A DNA stretch of 25,661 bases from the IMG/VR virus record IMGVR_UViG_3300025635_000140, positions 1 through 25,661 of that record. One strand, 5' to 3'. The position numbers were made by a program, and so were the translations under genes. The notes under the pieces are model-generated. The model ran no database searches, was not told the DNA's origin, and saw only the letters and a program-made list of their open reading frames with translations. Below, piece by piece: positions 1-8,066 of this stretch. Positions within the stretch are counted from its first letter, which is position 1. The number at the start of each line of letters is the position of its first letter. The stretch is from a virus (taxonomy: Duplodnaviria > Caudoviricetes).

Positions 1-2
1 TA

Positions 3-68
3 GAGCAGGTTCTGCGGACTAACCGCGTGCTGCAGTGGGCCAAAGAGAGAGCCGCACAATCCGCTTGA
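3..68 (+). CDS. Probable 3' end of an upstream gene (partial)
   Basis: Open frame from the window edge (EQVLRTNRVLQWAKERAAQSA) ending in TGA at 66-68; too short to verify. Confidence 0.35.
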   Translation, partial: EQVLRTNRVLQWAKERAAQSA

Positions 69-94
69 CTTTCTAAATCACAACTAACGCATAT
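64..94 (+). promoter_or_regulatory. Possible sigma70-type promoter upstream of terS
   Basis: CTTGAC(T) at 64-70, an AT-rich spacer, then GCATAT at 89-94; spacing is longer than ideal. Confidence 0.35.
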
Positions 95-97
95 GGG

Positions 98-130
98 AAA
101 CCGTTACTCCTTAAAGGGTTAGCGGTTTTT
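98..130 (+). terminator. Hairpin plus T-run immediately before terS (terminator/attenuator-like)
   Basis: AAACCGTTACTCC (98-110) pairs with GGGTTAGCGGTTT (116-128), with two G.U pairs and one mismatch; T-run at 126-130; ATG at 133. Confidence 0.45.
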
Positions 131-132
131 AT

Positions 133-414
133 ATGGCGGGTAAGCCTAGAGGCGCGTGGGCAGACAAAGCGTGGCGCGATGCGCTGCGTTTGGCGGTTAT
201 GCGCCCGGCCAACGAGCCTAATCCGAAACCAAAGACAAAGCTAGACGAACTCGCGCTCACGTTGATTGAGACGGGCAAGAGCGGCGACGTTCCGGCCCTG
301 AAGGAAATCGGCGACCGCCTAGACGGCAAGGTGCCTCAGGCTGTTGTAGGCGGCGACGAAAACGACCAGCCAATCAAGCACGTCCACCGCGTCGAGCTGG
401 TGGCGCTGACGTGA
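133..414 (+). CDS. terS: Terminase small subunit
   Basis: 93 aa; GDVPALKEIGDRLDGK motif typical of small terminase subunits; stop overlaps the terL start. Confidence 0.75.
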   Translation: MAGKPRGAWADKAWRDALRLAVMRPANEPNPKPKTKLDELALTLIETGKSGDVPALKEIGDRLDGKVPQAVVGGDENDQPIKHVHRVELVALT

Positions 415-1745
415 TGCCACTCGATAGCGCCTCGGCTCAGATTGCCATTCCCCCGAAGCTGATACCGCTGTTCATTGGCCCTGCCGACGTGCGCGGCTCC
501 TACGGCGGGCGAGGCTCTGCCAAGACCCGGACCTTTGCCAAGATGGCGGCGGTTCGCGGGTACATGTTCGGCGGATCTGGCGAAAGCGGCATCATCCTGT
601 GCGCCCGCCAGTTCATGAACAGCCTGGACGATTCCTCGCTGGAGGAAGTGAAGCGCGCCATTGAGGAAGAGCCCTTCCTTGCCGCGTATTACGACGTTGG
701 CGAGAAGTACATTAAAAGCCGGGACGGGCGCATTGCGTTTACGTTTGCGGGCCTAGATCGCTCGATTGAGAGCGTGAAGTCCAAGGGCCGCATCCTGCTT
801 TGCTGGGTGGACGAGGCTGAGCCCGTCACAGCAGAGGCTTGGTCCATCTTGATCCCGACCCTGCGCGAAGAGGGCGACAACTGGAACGCCGAGCTGTGGG
901 TGACGTGGAACCCGAAGCGCAAGACCGCCGCCGTTGAAAGCCGGTTCCGCAACACCAACGACCCGCTAATCCGCGTGGTCGAAATGAACTGGCGGGACAA
1001 TCCCAAATTCCCAGCCAAGCTGGAGCGCGAGAGGCTTCGTGACCAGCAGGAGCGCCCGGACCAGTACCGCCACATCTGGGAAGGCGATTACGTCTCGGTC
1101 ATCGAGGGCGCGTACTTTGCCAAGCATCTGACGGAGGCCAAGGCGCAAGGCCGCATCGGCAACGTGGCGCCGGACCCGCTGATGACCATCCGCCTGATTT
1201 GCGACATCGGCGGCACAGGCGCGCGGGCGGACGCCTTCACGATATGGGCGGCTCAGTTCGTCGGCCGCGAGATCCGGTGGCTCAACTACTACGAGGCCGT
1301 GGGCCAGCCTCTCGCCTCGCATCTGGAATGGGCACGAGGGCAGGGCTACACGCCCGAACGCGCGCAGTTTTGGCTACCTCACGACGGCGACAGCAACGAC
1401 AAGGTCTATGACGTGTCCTACGCCTCTGCGCTGCGTGCTGCGGGGTACGTCGTGACCGTCGTCCCCAACCAGGGCAAAGGCGCTGCCATGGCCCGCATCG
1501 AAGCCGCCCGCCGCCTTTTCCCGTCCATGTGGTTCAACGCGCCCACGACGCAGGGCGGTATCGACGCAATCGGTTGGTATCACGAGAAGAAAGACGAAGT
1601 CCGCCAGATCGGGCTTGGGCCTAACCACGATTGGTCAAGCCACGGCGCCGACTCGTTCGGCCTTGGCGCGGTGATCTACGAGGAGCCGCAGGTTGCGGCC
1701 AAGGCGAAGCAAAAGCGCCCGCAGGGCGGATGGATGTCCTCATAA
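411..1745 (+). CDS. terL: Terminase large subunit (PBSX-family-like)
   Basis: Walker A GGRGSAKT, Walker B LLCWVDEAE, TWNP coupling motif, C-terminal nuclease motifs (CDIG, LPHD, SHGADSF). Start is GTG 411 or ATG 414. Confidence 0.95.
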   Translation: MMPLDSASAQIAIPPKLIPLFIGPADVRGSYGGRGSAKTRTFAKMAAVRGYMFGGSGESGIILCARQFMNSLDDSSLEEVKRAIEEEPFLAAYYDVGEKYIKSRDGRIAFTFAGLDRSIESVKSKGRILLCWVDEAEPVTAEAWSILIPTLREEGDNWNAELWVTWNPKRKTAAVESRFRNTNDPLIRVVEMNWRDNPKFPAKLERERLRDQQERPDQYRHIWEGDYVSVIEGAYFAKHLTEAKAQGRIGNVAPDPLMTIRLICDIGGTGARADAFTIWAAQFVGREIRWLNYYEAVGQPLASHLEWARGQGYTPERAQFWLPHDGDSNDKVYDVSYASALRAAGYVVTVVPNQGKGAAMARIEAARRLFPSMWFNAPTTQGGIDAIGWYHEKKDEVRQIGLGPNHDWSSHGADSFGLGAVIYEEPQVAAKAKQKRPQGGWMSS

Positions 1746-3877
1746 TGGCTGACACAACTCCCACACGCGGCGGCCCGTCCTCTGATACCGGCGACAGGTC
1801 CGATCCGTTCCGCCGCGCTCTCGCCCACGCCGACGAGGCTTGGAAGCAGGAATTTGACAACGTCTCCAGCGGGCGAGACTGCCAGCGGTTCTACGTCGGC
1901 GGCGAGGCTCAGTGGGACTCGCAGGCGCTACAAGACCGCAAGGCCGCCAATCGCCCTGCGTTGACCATGAACCGGGGGCCGGGCTTCGTTCGCCAGCTTA
2001 CCGGCGAGGTGATGCAGAACCCGCCCTCGATCAAAGTCCTGCCTGCCAAGGACGGCGCGACGGTCGAGGCGGCGGAAATCTTTAACGGCCTGATCCGCCA
2101 CATCGAGCAGCAGAGCGTCGCCCGCGCGGCGTACACCAAGGCGACCGAGAACGCGGCTCAGGCGGGCATCGGCGGCTGGCGCGTGGTCACGCAGTACAGC
2201 TCAGACGACAGCTTTGACCAGGACATCCGCATCAAGCGGATCAACGACCCGTTCCAAATCCTGATCGACCCGCTGGCGCAAGAGCCGGACAAAAGCGATA
2301 TGCGATATGGCTTCGTGTTCGAGGACATCGCCAAGGAGGAGTACCAGAAGCGGTATCCGAACGTTCCGGTCGAGAGCCTGCCGACCAACGTAGCGGATCA
2401 AGCGTTTACTTGGCGCACGATGGACACCGTAAAGGTGGCTGAATACTGGTATCGCGAGCCGGTAAAGAAGCGCCTGCAGCTTCTGGAAGATCGCACAGTT
2501 CGTTATGCCGACGACCCTGTAAAAGAAGGGGAAATACTCGCCCCTGTCTCGCAGGAGCGCGAGGTGGTGGTCAATCAGGTCCGCAGCTTCCTGATGAGCG
2601 GCGCGGGCATGTTGACCAAGGTGCAGGACTGGCCGGGCAAGTACATCCCCATATGTGTCGTGGTTGGCGAGGAAGTCTGGTCAAGCGGCTTGGCAACCCG
2701 CAAGGGCATGATCCACGACATGCGCGACCCGCAGCGGGTGTACAACTACACGCGCACGGCGGCGGTCGAGGCTGTGGCGATGCAGCCCAAGGCCCCGTAT
2801 GTCCTCACGGCAGATCAGGCCAGCGGCTACGAGGACCAGTGGGCGAACGCGGGCACGCGCAACGATGCGGCGCTGTTCTACAAGGGCGACCCGCGCGCCA
2901 ATGGGCCGCCCAAGCGTTCCGAGCCGCCGCTTGCCTCGCAGGGCCTCGACGTGCAGTCGCAGCTTGCCATTAGCGACCTTGAGGGCGTGACGGGCATCTA
3001 CAAGGCGGGATTGGGCGCGCCGAGCAACGAAACCTCTGGGCGGGCAATTATGGCCCGTCAGCAGGAAGGCGACACCGGGACTTATCACTACATCTTTAAT
3101 CTCTCCATCGCGATTCAGTATTGCGGCAAGATCCTAGTCGACCTGATTCCAAAGGTTTACGACAGCACGCGCGTTGTCCGGACCTTGGGCGAAGATGGTT
3201 CAGCCAAAATGGTCAAGGTCAACGAGCCGGACCTTGATAGGCGCGGCATGGAAATCGTGCTCAATGACCTGTCGGCGGGCGAGTATGACGTGACGGTCAC
3301 GACCGGCCCCAGCTTCGCCACCAAGCGCGCCGAGGCCACGGAGTTCATGACCGAGCTATTGCGGGGCTTCCCGGCGCTGACGGACGTTGCGGGCGACCTC
3401 ATCATCAAGAACATGGACGTTCCGGGTGCGGACCAGATCGCCGCGCGCATCCGCATGGCGAAGGGCTTGGACGAGGACGGCAAGCCGCTCCAGCAGGAGC
3501 CGCCGCCGCCTGATCCCGAGGCCGCCGCGAACGCTATCAAGAACGCAGCCGCCGCCGACAAGATGACCGCCGAAACGGAGCAGATCCGCCTGGAGAACGC
3601 TCAAATCATGATGAGCATGCAGGCGGTCGTCTCGCAGCTTCCGGCCATCATGCAGCAGCTTCAGCAACTCACCGCGCAAGGCGGGCAGGGCGAAGGCGGT
3701 CCGCCGCCGATGCCGCCTGAAGGGATGCCTCCGCAGCCTATGGGCGAGATGCCGCCGGGCGGGCCTGAGATGGCCGGTATGGACGACTCCGGCTTGCCGC
3801 CCACCATCGAGATCGGCGGCGACGACTCCGACCTTCCCCCGACAATCGAGATTGGCGAGGCCGTCGCGCCCGCTTAA
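1745..3877 (+). CDS. P22-like portal protein
   Basis: Start placed at ATG 1745 (TAATG overlap with terL). Motifs QWD..RPALTMN, YIPICVVVGE, SNETSGRAIMARQ, GEYDVTVTTGPSFATKR; long Q/P-rich tail; synteny. Confidence 0.92.
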   Translation: MADTTPTRGGPSSDTGDRSDPFRRALAHADEAWKQEFDNVSSGRDCQRFYVGGEAQWDSQALQDRKAANRPALTMNRGPGFVRQLTGEVMQNPPSIKVLPAKDGATVEAAEIFNGLIRHIEQQSVARAAYTKATENAAQAGIGGWRVVTQYSSDDSFDQDIRIKRINDPFQILIDPLAQEPDKSDMRYGFVFEDIAKEEYQKRYPNVPVESLPTNVADQAFTWRTMDTVKVAEYWYREPVKKRLQLLEDRTVRYADDPVKEGEILAPVSQEREVVVNQVRSFLMSGAGMLTKVQDWPGKYIPICVVVGEEVWSSGLATRKGMIHDMRDPQRVYNYTRTAAVEAVAMQPKAPYVLTADQASGYEDQWANAGTRNDAALFYKGDPRANGPPKRSEPPLASQGLDVQSQLAISDLEGVTGIYKAGLGAPSNETSGRAIMARQQEGDTGTYHYIFNLSIAIQYCGKILVDLIPKVYDSTRVVRTLGEDGSAKMVKVNEPDLDRRGMEIVLNDLSAGEYDVTVTTGPSFATKRAEATEFMTELLRGFPALTDVAGDLIIKNMDVPGADQIAARIRMAKGLDEDGKPLQQEPPPPDPEAAANAIKNAAAADKMTAETEQIRLENAQIMMSMQAVVSQLPAIMQQLQQLTAQGGQGEGGPPPMPPEGMPPQPMGEMPPGGPEMAGMDDSGLPPTIEIGGDDSDLPPTIEIGEAVAPA
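3782..3859 (+). repeat. 39-nt imperfect tandem duplication in the portal C-terminus
   Basis: 3782-3820 and 3821-3859 encode DDSGLPPTIEIGG and DDSDLPPTIEIGE. Confidence 0.85.
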
Positions 3878-3891
3878 CTACGAGGTGATTC

Positions 3892-4755
3892 GTGGCAGAT
3901 ATTGACTTGGCCGCTATAGTGGCGGAAGATGCAAAGACTTCGGGCGAGGCTCCTGTTCAGGAAGCGCCTGCACAGGTCGATGAGACGGCGGAAGCGACCA
4001 CCGCCCCGGCTGACGAAGCCGCGGAAGAGCAGCCATCTGAAGCCGAGGGCGAGCAGCCCCAGCAGAAGAAACAGGGCGGCGGCTTCCAGAAGCGAATTTC
4101 AGAGCTAACCCGCGAAAAGCATGAGGCGAAGCGCGAAGCCGAGCAGCTCCGCGAGCTACTGTCCAAGGCCCTAAACGGCCAGCCGACAAAGCCCGCACCG
4201 GCTGCAGAGCAGAGCGACGAGCCCCGTCAGGATCAGTTCGTAAGATACGAGGACTTCGTCGCGGCAAAGGCCGAATGGAAAGCAGAGCAGCGGGTGCAAG
4301 CCACGCTCGGCAATCTCCAGAAACAGGCCAGCGTCGTTGACCAGGAGAAGGCAAGGATCGAGGCCGCCAAGACCTTTGAGCGCGAGGCTAAGGCTCAAGG
4401 GAAGGCTATCGAGGGCTTTGACGAGGCACTGGACACGGTGCGGTCTGAAGAGTTCCCGATGACCCCGGCGGTCGCCGATTACCTCCTGAACGCCGACCAC
4501 AAGGCGGCGCTGGTCAAGTATCTGGCGGACAACGAGGACGAGGCTTACAGGCTTTCACGCCTTGGTGCCGTAGCGGTTGGCAGAGAACTGGCGAAGGTCG
4601 AGATGCGTTTCGCATCGAAGCCCAAGCCGAAAACTTCATCGGCCCCGCCGCCGCCGGTCACAGTAGCCGGAGGCGCGGCAGCCCCGCAGACGATCGAACG
4701 CATGGACTACAAGGGCGTCCTGGATCTGGTACGCCAGTGGGACCAGAAGCGTTAG
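3892..4755 (+). CDS. Capsid scaffolding protein
   Basis: Acidic N-terminus, coiled coil with FQKRISELTREK, C-terminal SSAPPP motif; lies between portal and coat; GAGGT RBS. Confidence 0.85.
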   Translation: MADIDLAAIVAEDAKTSGEAPVQEAPAQVDETAEATTAPADEAAEEQPSEAEGEQPQQKKQGGGFQKRISELTREKHEAKREAEQLRELLSKALNGQPTKPAPAAEQSDEPRQDQFVRYEDFVAAKAEWKAEQRVQATLGNLQKQASVVDQEKARIEAAKTFEREAKAQGKAIEGFDEALDTVRSEEFPMTPAVADYLLNADHKAALVKYLADNEDEAYRLSRLGAVAVGRELAKVEMRFASKPKPKTSSAPPPPVTVAGGAAAPQTIERMDYKGVLDLVRQWDQKR

Positions 4756-4783
4756 ACGGTGGCGAAAGGCGAGAGTCCGAAGG

Positions 4784-4805
4784 GGCCTAACCAAACAGTT
4801 AGGTC
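4784..4805 (+). promoter_or_regulatory. Hairpin over the coat-gene ribosome-binding region
   Basis: GGCCTAAC-caaaca-GTTAGGTC forms an 8-bp stem (one G.U) ending 3 nt before ATG 4809. Confidence 0.5.
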
Positions 4806-4808
4806 ATC

Positions 4809-6020
4809 ATGGCAAACACTATCATCACTCCCAGCATCATCGCGAAGGTGGGGCTGGCTCAACTCGAAAACAACTTGGTCATGGGTAAGAAGGTTTACCG
4901 TGACTATTCGCGTGAATTTGTGAAGGTCGGCGACACGATCAGCGTCCGCCGCCCGGTCAAGTTCACGGCTCAGGACGGCGCCGTCGCCGTCAACCAGGAC
5001 GTGACCGAGGGCAAGTTCTCGCTCTCCATGGACAAGCGCAAGCACGTCTCGTGGTCGTTCTCGACGCAGGATCTCACCCTGTCCATCGAGGAATACAACG
5101 AGCGGTACATCAAGCCGGCCGCCATCGCTCTGGCCAACCAGATCGATTACGATCTCACCGGCCTCTACAACAAGGTGTGGAACTGGGTCGGCACGCCGGC
5201 CTCGCCGGTCGACTCGTTTGCCGACTTCGCCAAGGCGCCGCGGCGTCTGGACGAGGGTGCGGTGCCGCAGGACATGCGCCATGCGGTTCTTAGCCCGGCC
5301 GACGCCTGGGGCCTCGTGGGCTCGCAGACCAGCCTGTACATGCAGGACGTCGCTCGCGGTGCCTATCGTGCGGGCGACATTGGCACGGTTGCTGGCGTCT
5401 CGACGGCGATGGACCAGAACATCCGCATGCACACCAACGGTGCGGCGGCGGGTGGCGGCCTCATCAACGGCGCGAACCAGAACGTGACCTATGCGGCGAG
5501 CAAGGACACGAACACGCAGTCGCTCATCACCGACGACTGGACGGCCTCGACCACGTTCAAGGCGGGTGACGTGTTCACCATCGACAACGTGTACGCGGTC
5601 AACCCGGTGTCCAAGCAGTCGACGGGCGTGCTGCAGCAGTTCGTCATCCAGGCGGACATCACGGCCACCGGCACGGATTGCACGCTGACGATCGCCCCGG
5701 CGATCATCACGAGCGGCCCGTACCAGACCGTCGACTCGGTTCCGGCGAACAACGCCGCGATCACCATGATGGGCACGGGCGGCGCGCAGTACGCCTCGAA
5801 TCTCGTGTTCCACAAAAACGCCTTCGCTCTCGTGATGGCCGATCTTGAAATGCCGGATGGTGCGACCTTCAAGGCTCGCGAAAGCCAAAACGGCTTCTCC
5901 ATGCGCGTCATCAAGTATTACGACGGCGAAATGGACGAAGACAAGATCAGGCTCGATGTCTTGTACGGCACGAAGGCGATCTACCCGGACCTCGCTGTCC
6001 GCCTGTCGGGCACCACCTGA
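4809..6020 (+). CDS. Major capsid protein, P22 coat (gp5) family
   Basis: MANTIITPS..LENNLV, KVGDTISVRRP, YIKPAAIALANQID, KAGDVFTI, RLDVLYG; strong codon bias; synteny. Confidence 0.95.
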   Translation: MANTIITPSIIAKVGLAQLENNLVMGKKVYRDYSREFVKVGDTISVRRPVKFTAQDGAVAVNQDVTEGKFSLSMDKRKHVSWSFSTQDLTLSIEEYNERYIKPAAIALANQIDYDLTGLYNKVWNWVGTPASPVDSFADFAKAPRRLDEGAVPQDMRHAVLSPADAWGLVGSQTSLYMQDVARGAYRAGDIGTVAGVSTAMDQNIRMHTNGAAAGGGLINGANQNVTYAASKDTNTQSLITDDWTASTTFKAGDVFTIDNVYAVNPVSKQSTGVLQQFVIQADITATGTDCTLTIAPAIITSGPYQTVDSVPANNAAITMMGTGGAQYASNLVFHKNAFALVMADLEMPDGATFKARESQNGFSMRVIKYYDGEMDEDKIRLDVLYGTKAIYPDLAVRLSGTT

Positions 6021-6044
6021 GCAACGGCATAGAGGAGAAACATC

Positions 6045-6281
6045 ATGCCTGTACGTCAACTCTCCGATGATCGCACCGATGGCACGACCCTCGGGCAGAA
6101 CACTACGGATCTCATCAGCTTCTACGGTGTGACCCCGATTGCGCAGCGCTCCGGCGCCGCGCAGGCAACCTCGCTCGTCGGCACGGCCTCCAGCACGGCG
6201 GTCAATACCGACCTGAAGGCCGCCGTGATCGCGATCATGGACACGCTGACCGCCGTTGGCCTCTGGAAGGGCTCTGCCTAG
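6045..6281 (+). CDS. Small capsid-associated (decoration/head-fibre-like) protein
   Basis: GAGGAG RBS; ISFYGVTPIAQ motif and C-terminal helix ending LTAVGLW; directly after the coat gene. Confidence 0.65.
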   Translation: MPVRQLSDDRTDGTTLGQNTTDLISFYGVTPIAQRSGAAQATSLVGTASSTAVNTDLKAAVIAIMDTLTAVGLWKGSA

Positions 6282-6285
6282 CCAG

Positions 6286-6972
6286 ATGCGCGTCGTCATC
6301 GCCACGCCGACCGTTACCGAGCCGCATCCGGCTTATGTGGATGCACTTGGGCGGTCGGCGGGCGCCCTGACTGCGGCCGGCTTCGATCACTCCACGGTGT
6401 TCGAAGTCGGCTGCCCTTATATCAGCCACGCGCGCGCAACCATGCTGCGCAAGGCCCTGGATACGAAGGCCGACGCCGTCGTCTTCATCGACCACGACAT
6501 CTCGTGGCGGCCCGAAGACCTCGTGAAGCTCATCGCGACCAAGGGCGACGTGGTCGCCGGGACGTACCGCTTCAAGAAGGATGAGGAAGAGTACATGTCC
6601 TGCATCGTTACCGATGCCGAGGGCTATCCGATCCTGAGTTCCACCGGCCTGATGCGCGCTAACAAGGTGCCCGCGGGCTTCCTGAAGGTGACTAAGGAGG
6701 CGGTCGATCGCTTCATGTCCGCCTATCCCGAGCTGATCTACGGCCACCGCTACAACCCCAGCGTCGACCTGTTCAATCACGGCGCGCACGGCGGCGTCTG
6801 GTACGGCGAGGACTATGCCTTCTCCCGGCGTTGGAGGGACTGCGGCGGCGAGATCGTTCTCGTTCCTGACCTTGACCTGGACCACCACGCCGCGGGCAAG
6901 GCGTATCCGGGGAACTTCCACCGATTCATGCTGCGTCAGCCGGGCGGCGCGGACTTCAAGGAGGCCGCATGA
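6286..6972 (+). CDS. GT-A fold (family 2-like) glycosyltransferase
   Basis: Start placed at ATG 6286. N-terminal VVIATP strand, ISHARATM, DxD motif FIDHD, GFLKV, GEDYAFSRRW, terminal LDH. Confidence 0.8.
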   Translation: MRVVIATPTVTEPHPAYVDALGRSAGALTAAGFDHSTVFEVGCPYISHARATMLRKALDTKADAVVFIDHDISWRPEDLVKLIATKGDVVAGTYRFKKDEEEYMSCIVTDAEGYPILSSTGLMRANKVPAGFLKVTKEAVDRFMSAYPELIYGHRYNPSVDLFNHGAHGGVWYGEDYAFSRRWRDCGGEIVLVPDLDLDHHAAGKAYPGNFHRFMLRQPGGADFKEAA

Positions 6973-7337
6973 GCGGATCTGTAACCACGGCAATGACCGA
7001 GGCGGGCGTGAATGCCTTTGAGCGCATCCAGCGCACCCGCCAGAGCCCACAGGCTATCGTCGCCGCCGTATTCAACGCCATGGACGCCGTGCGCCGCCGC
7101 GAGGCCATCAAGCAGCCTGGCGCGCCCGCTGCTTATGTCCATCAGGACTGGCCGAGCTTCAGGTACGGCCCCAACGGCGAGAGCAAGGTATTCCATCGCC
7201 CCGAGGATGTGCCGGAAGGCTGGCAGGACTCGCCCAACTTCTTGGCAGCGGCCAAGGAGATCGGCGCCGAAGTGATTGCCGACCTTGTGCAGAAGCGCGG
7301 CCCCGGTCGCCCTCCGAAGTTGCGCGCCGATGGCTAA
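6969..7337 (+). CDS. Hypothetical head-module protein with C-terminal AT-hook-like motif
   Basis: ATGA-coupled to the glycosyltransferase; WPSFRYGPNGESKVF..VPEGW core; KRGPGRPPK near the C-terminus. Confidence 0.7.
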   Translation: MSGSVTTAMTEAGVNAFERIQRTRQSPQAIVAAVFNAMDAVRRREAIKQPGAPAAYVHQDWPSFRYGPNGESKVFHRPEDVPEGWQDSPNFLAAAKEIGAEVIADLVQKRGPGRPPKLRADG

Positions 7338-7665
7338 CGTCCAGAACCTCGACATGACCTCCGGTGAAACGCGCACGTTCACCATGTACGCGCGCGACCC
7401 GGAGAACGCGGTGCAGAGCCTGTCCGGCCTCACCGTGCAATGGCGTGTCGGCCAGCCGCCGTGGGACCCGCGCCGCGAGACGCCGACGCTCACCAAACCC
7501 GCCACGATCGTCAGTGCCTCGGCGGGCTCGTTCACAGTCTCCCTGATCTACGACGACACCTACCAGCTTGAGGGCGACTTCCTGCACCAAGCGGTCACAT
7601 CCACCGGGCTTGTAGTGGTTACGGGACGCCTTCACGTCCGACCCGGCATTAGGAGCGGCCAATGA
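7330..7665 (+). CDS. Beta-rich (Ig-like/BppU-N-like) virion protein
   Basis: Start ATG 7330; alternating beta-strand pattern (GETRTFTM, AGSFTVSL..DT, G.L.V.P); overlaps both neighbours. Confidence 0.6.
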   Translation: MANVQNLDMTSGETRTFTMYARDPENAVQSLSGLTVQWRVGQPPWDPRRETPTLTKPATIVSASAGSFTVSLIYDDTYQLEGDFLHQAVTSTGLVVVTGRLHVRPGIRSGQ

Positions 7666-8066
7666 GCAGCAAGACCGCGCGCACCGTGGCGCTGCATGCC
7701 TTCCAGGATCTGGGCCTTGTGGCCGACCAGGAGGCTATGAGCGACGCGCAGGGCAATTACGGGCTGCGCAAGCTGAATGACTTGCTGGCGGGCTTTGAAA
7801 GCGAGGGCATCCGCTACGCTCACACGGACCTCGCCTCGCTGGATACCGTCGTGAACGTGCCGGACGGGCAGCTTCGCAATGTCGGCCTGATGCTGCAGCG
7901 CGAGCTTGCCGGGGCCTATGGCGTGCCCATGAGCCAAGAAGACTTGGATGCCATTCACAAGGCGAAGATGGCCCTGCAAGCGTTCTACTACGTGCCCATC
8001 ACGTCGGCCCCGGAACTGGCGCTGCGTAATCGCCGGTTCGGGCGCTTCAACTTCTCGCAGGGCTGA
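7662..8066 (+). CDS. Head-tail adaptor, P22 gp4-like
   Basis: 134 aa, helical; AFQDLG..GLRKLNDLLAGFESEGI and LAGAYG patterns; precedes the gp10-like gene. Confidence 0.75.
   Translation: MSSKTARTVALHAFQDLGLVADQEAMSDAQGNYGLRKLNDLLAGFESEGIRYAHTDLASLDTVVNVPDGQLRNVGLMLQRELAGAYGVPMSQEDLDAIHKAKMALQAFYYVPITSAPELALRNRRFGRFNFSQG

Noticed and set aside
1617-1630. GGGCCTAACCA inside terL, matching the coat leader sequence
   Set aside because: Explained by the coding of GPNH in the nuclease motif; no accompanying stems or SD seen.
1631-1744. N-terminal extension of the portal ORF
   Set aside because: Overlaps terL; the TAATG junction at 1743-1747 is the more plausible start. Similar over-extensions were trimmed for ORFs at 6256, 7276, 9232, 9543, 15852 and 16805.
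3782-3859. Link between the portal PTIEI motif and the phage calcineurin-like enzyme via PxIxIT docking
   Set aside because: PxIxIT docking is specific to eukaryotic calcineurin; a shared superfamily name is not evidence.
6018-6047. Readthrough fusion of the coat to the 78-aa protein (same frame)
   Set aside because: Two stops intervene (TGA 6018, TAG 6030), the downstream gene has its own RBS, and no slippery site was seen.
4752-6305. 517-aa minus-strand ORF opposite the coat gene
   Set aside because: Antisense shadow expected from strong GC codon bias; no motifs. The same applies to 12099-13115, 17713-18762 and other long antisense ORFs.
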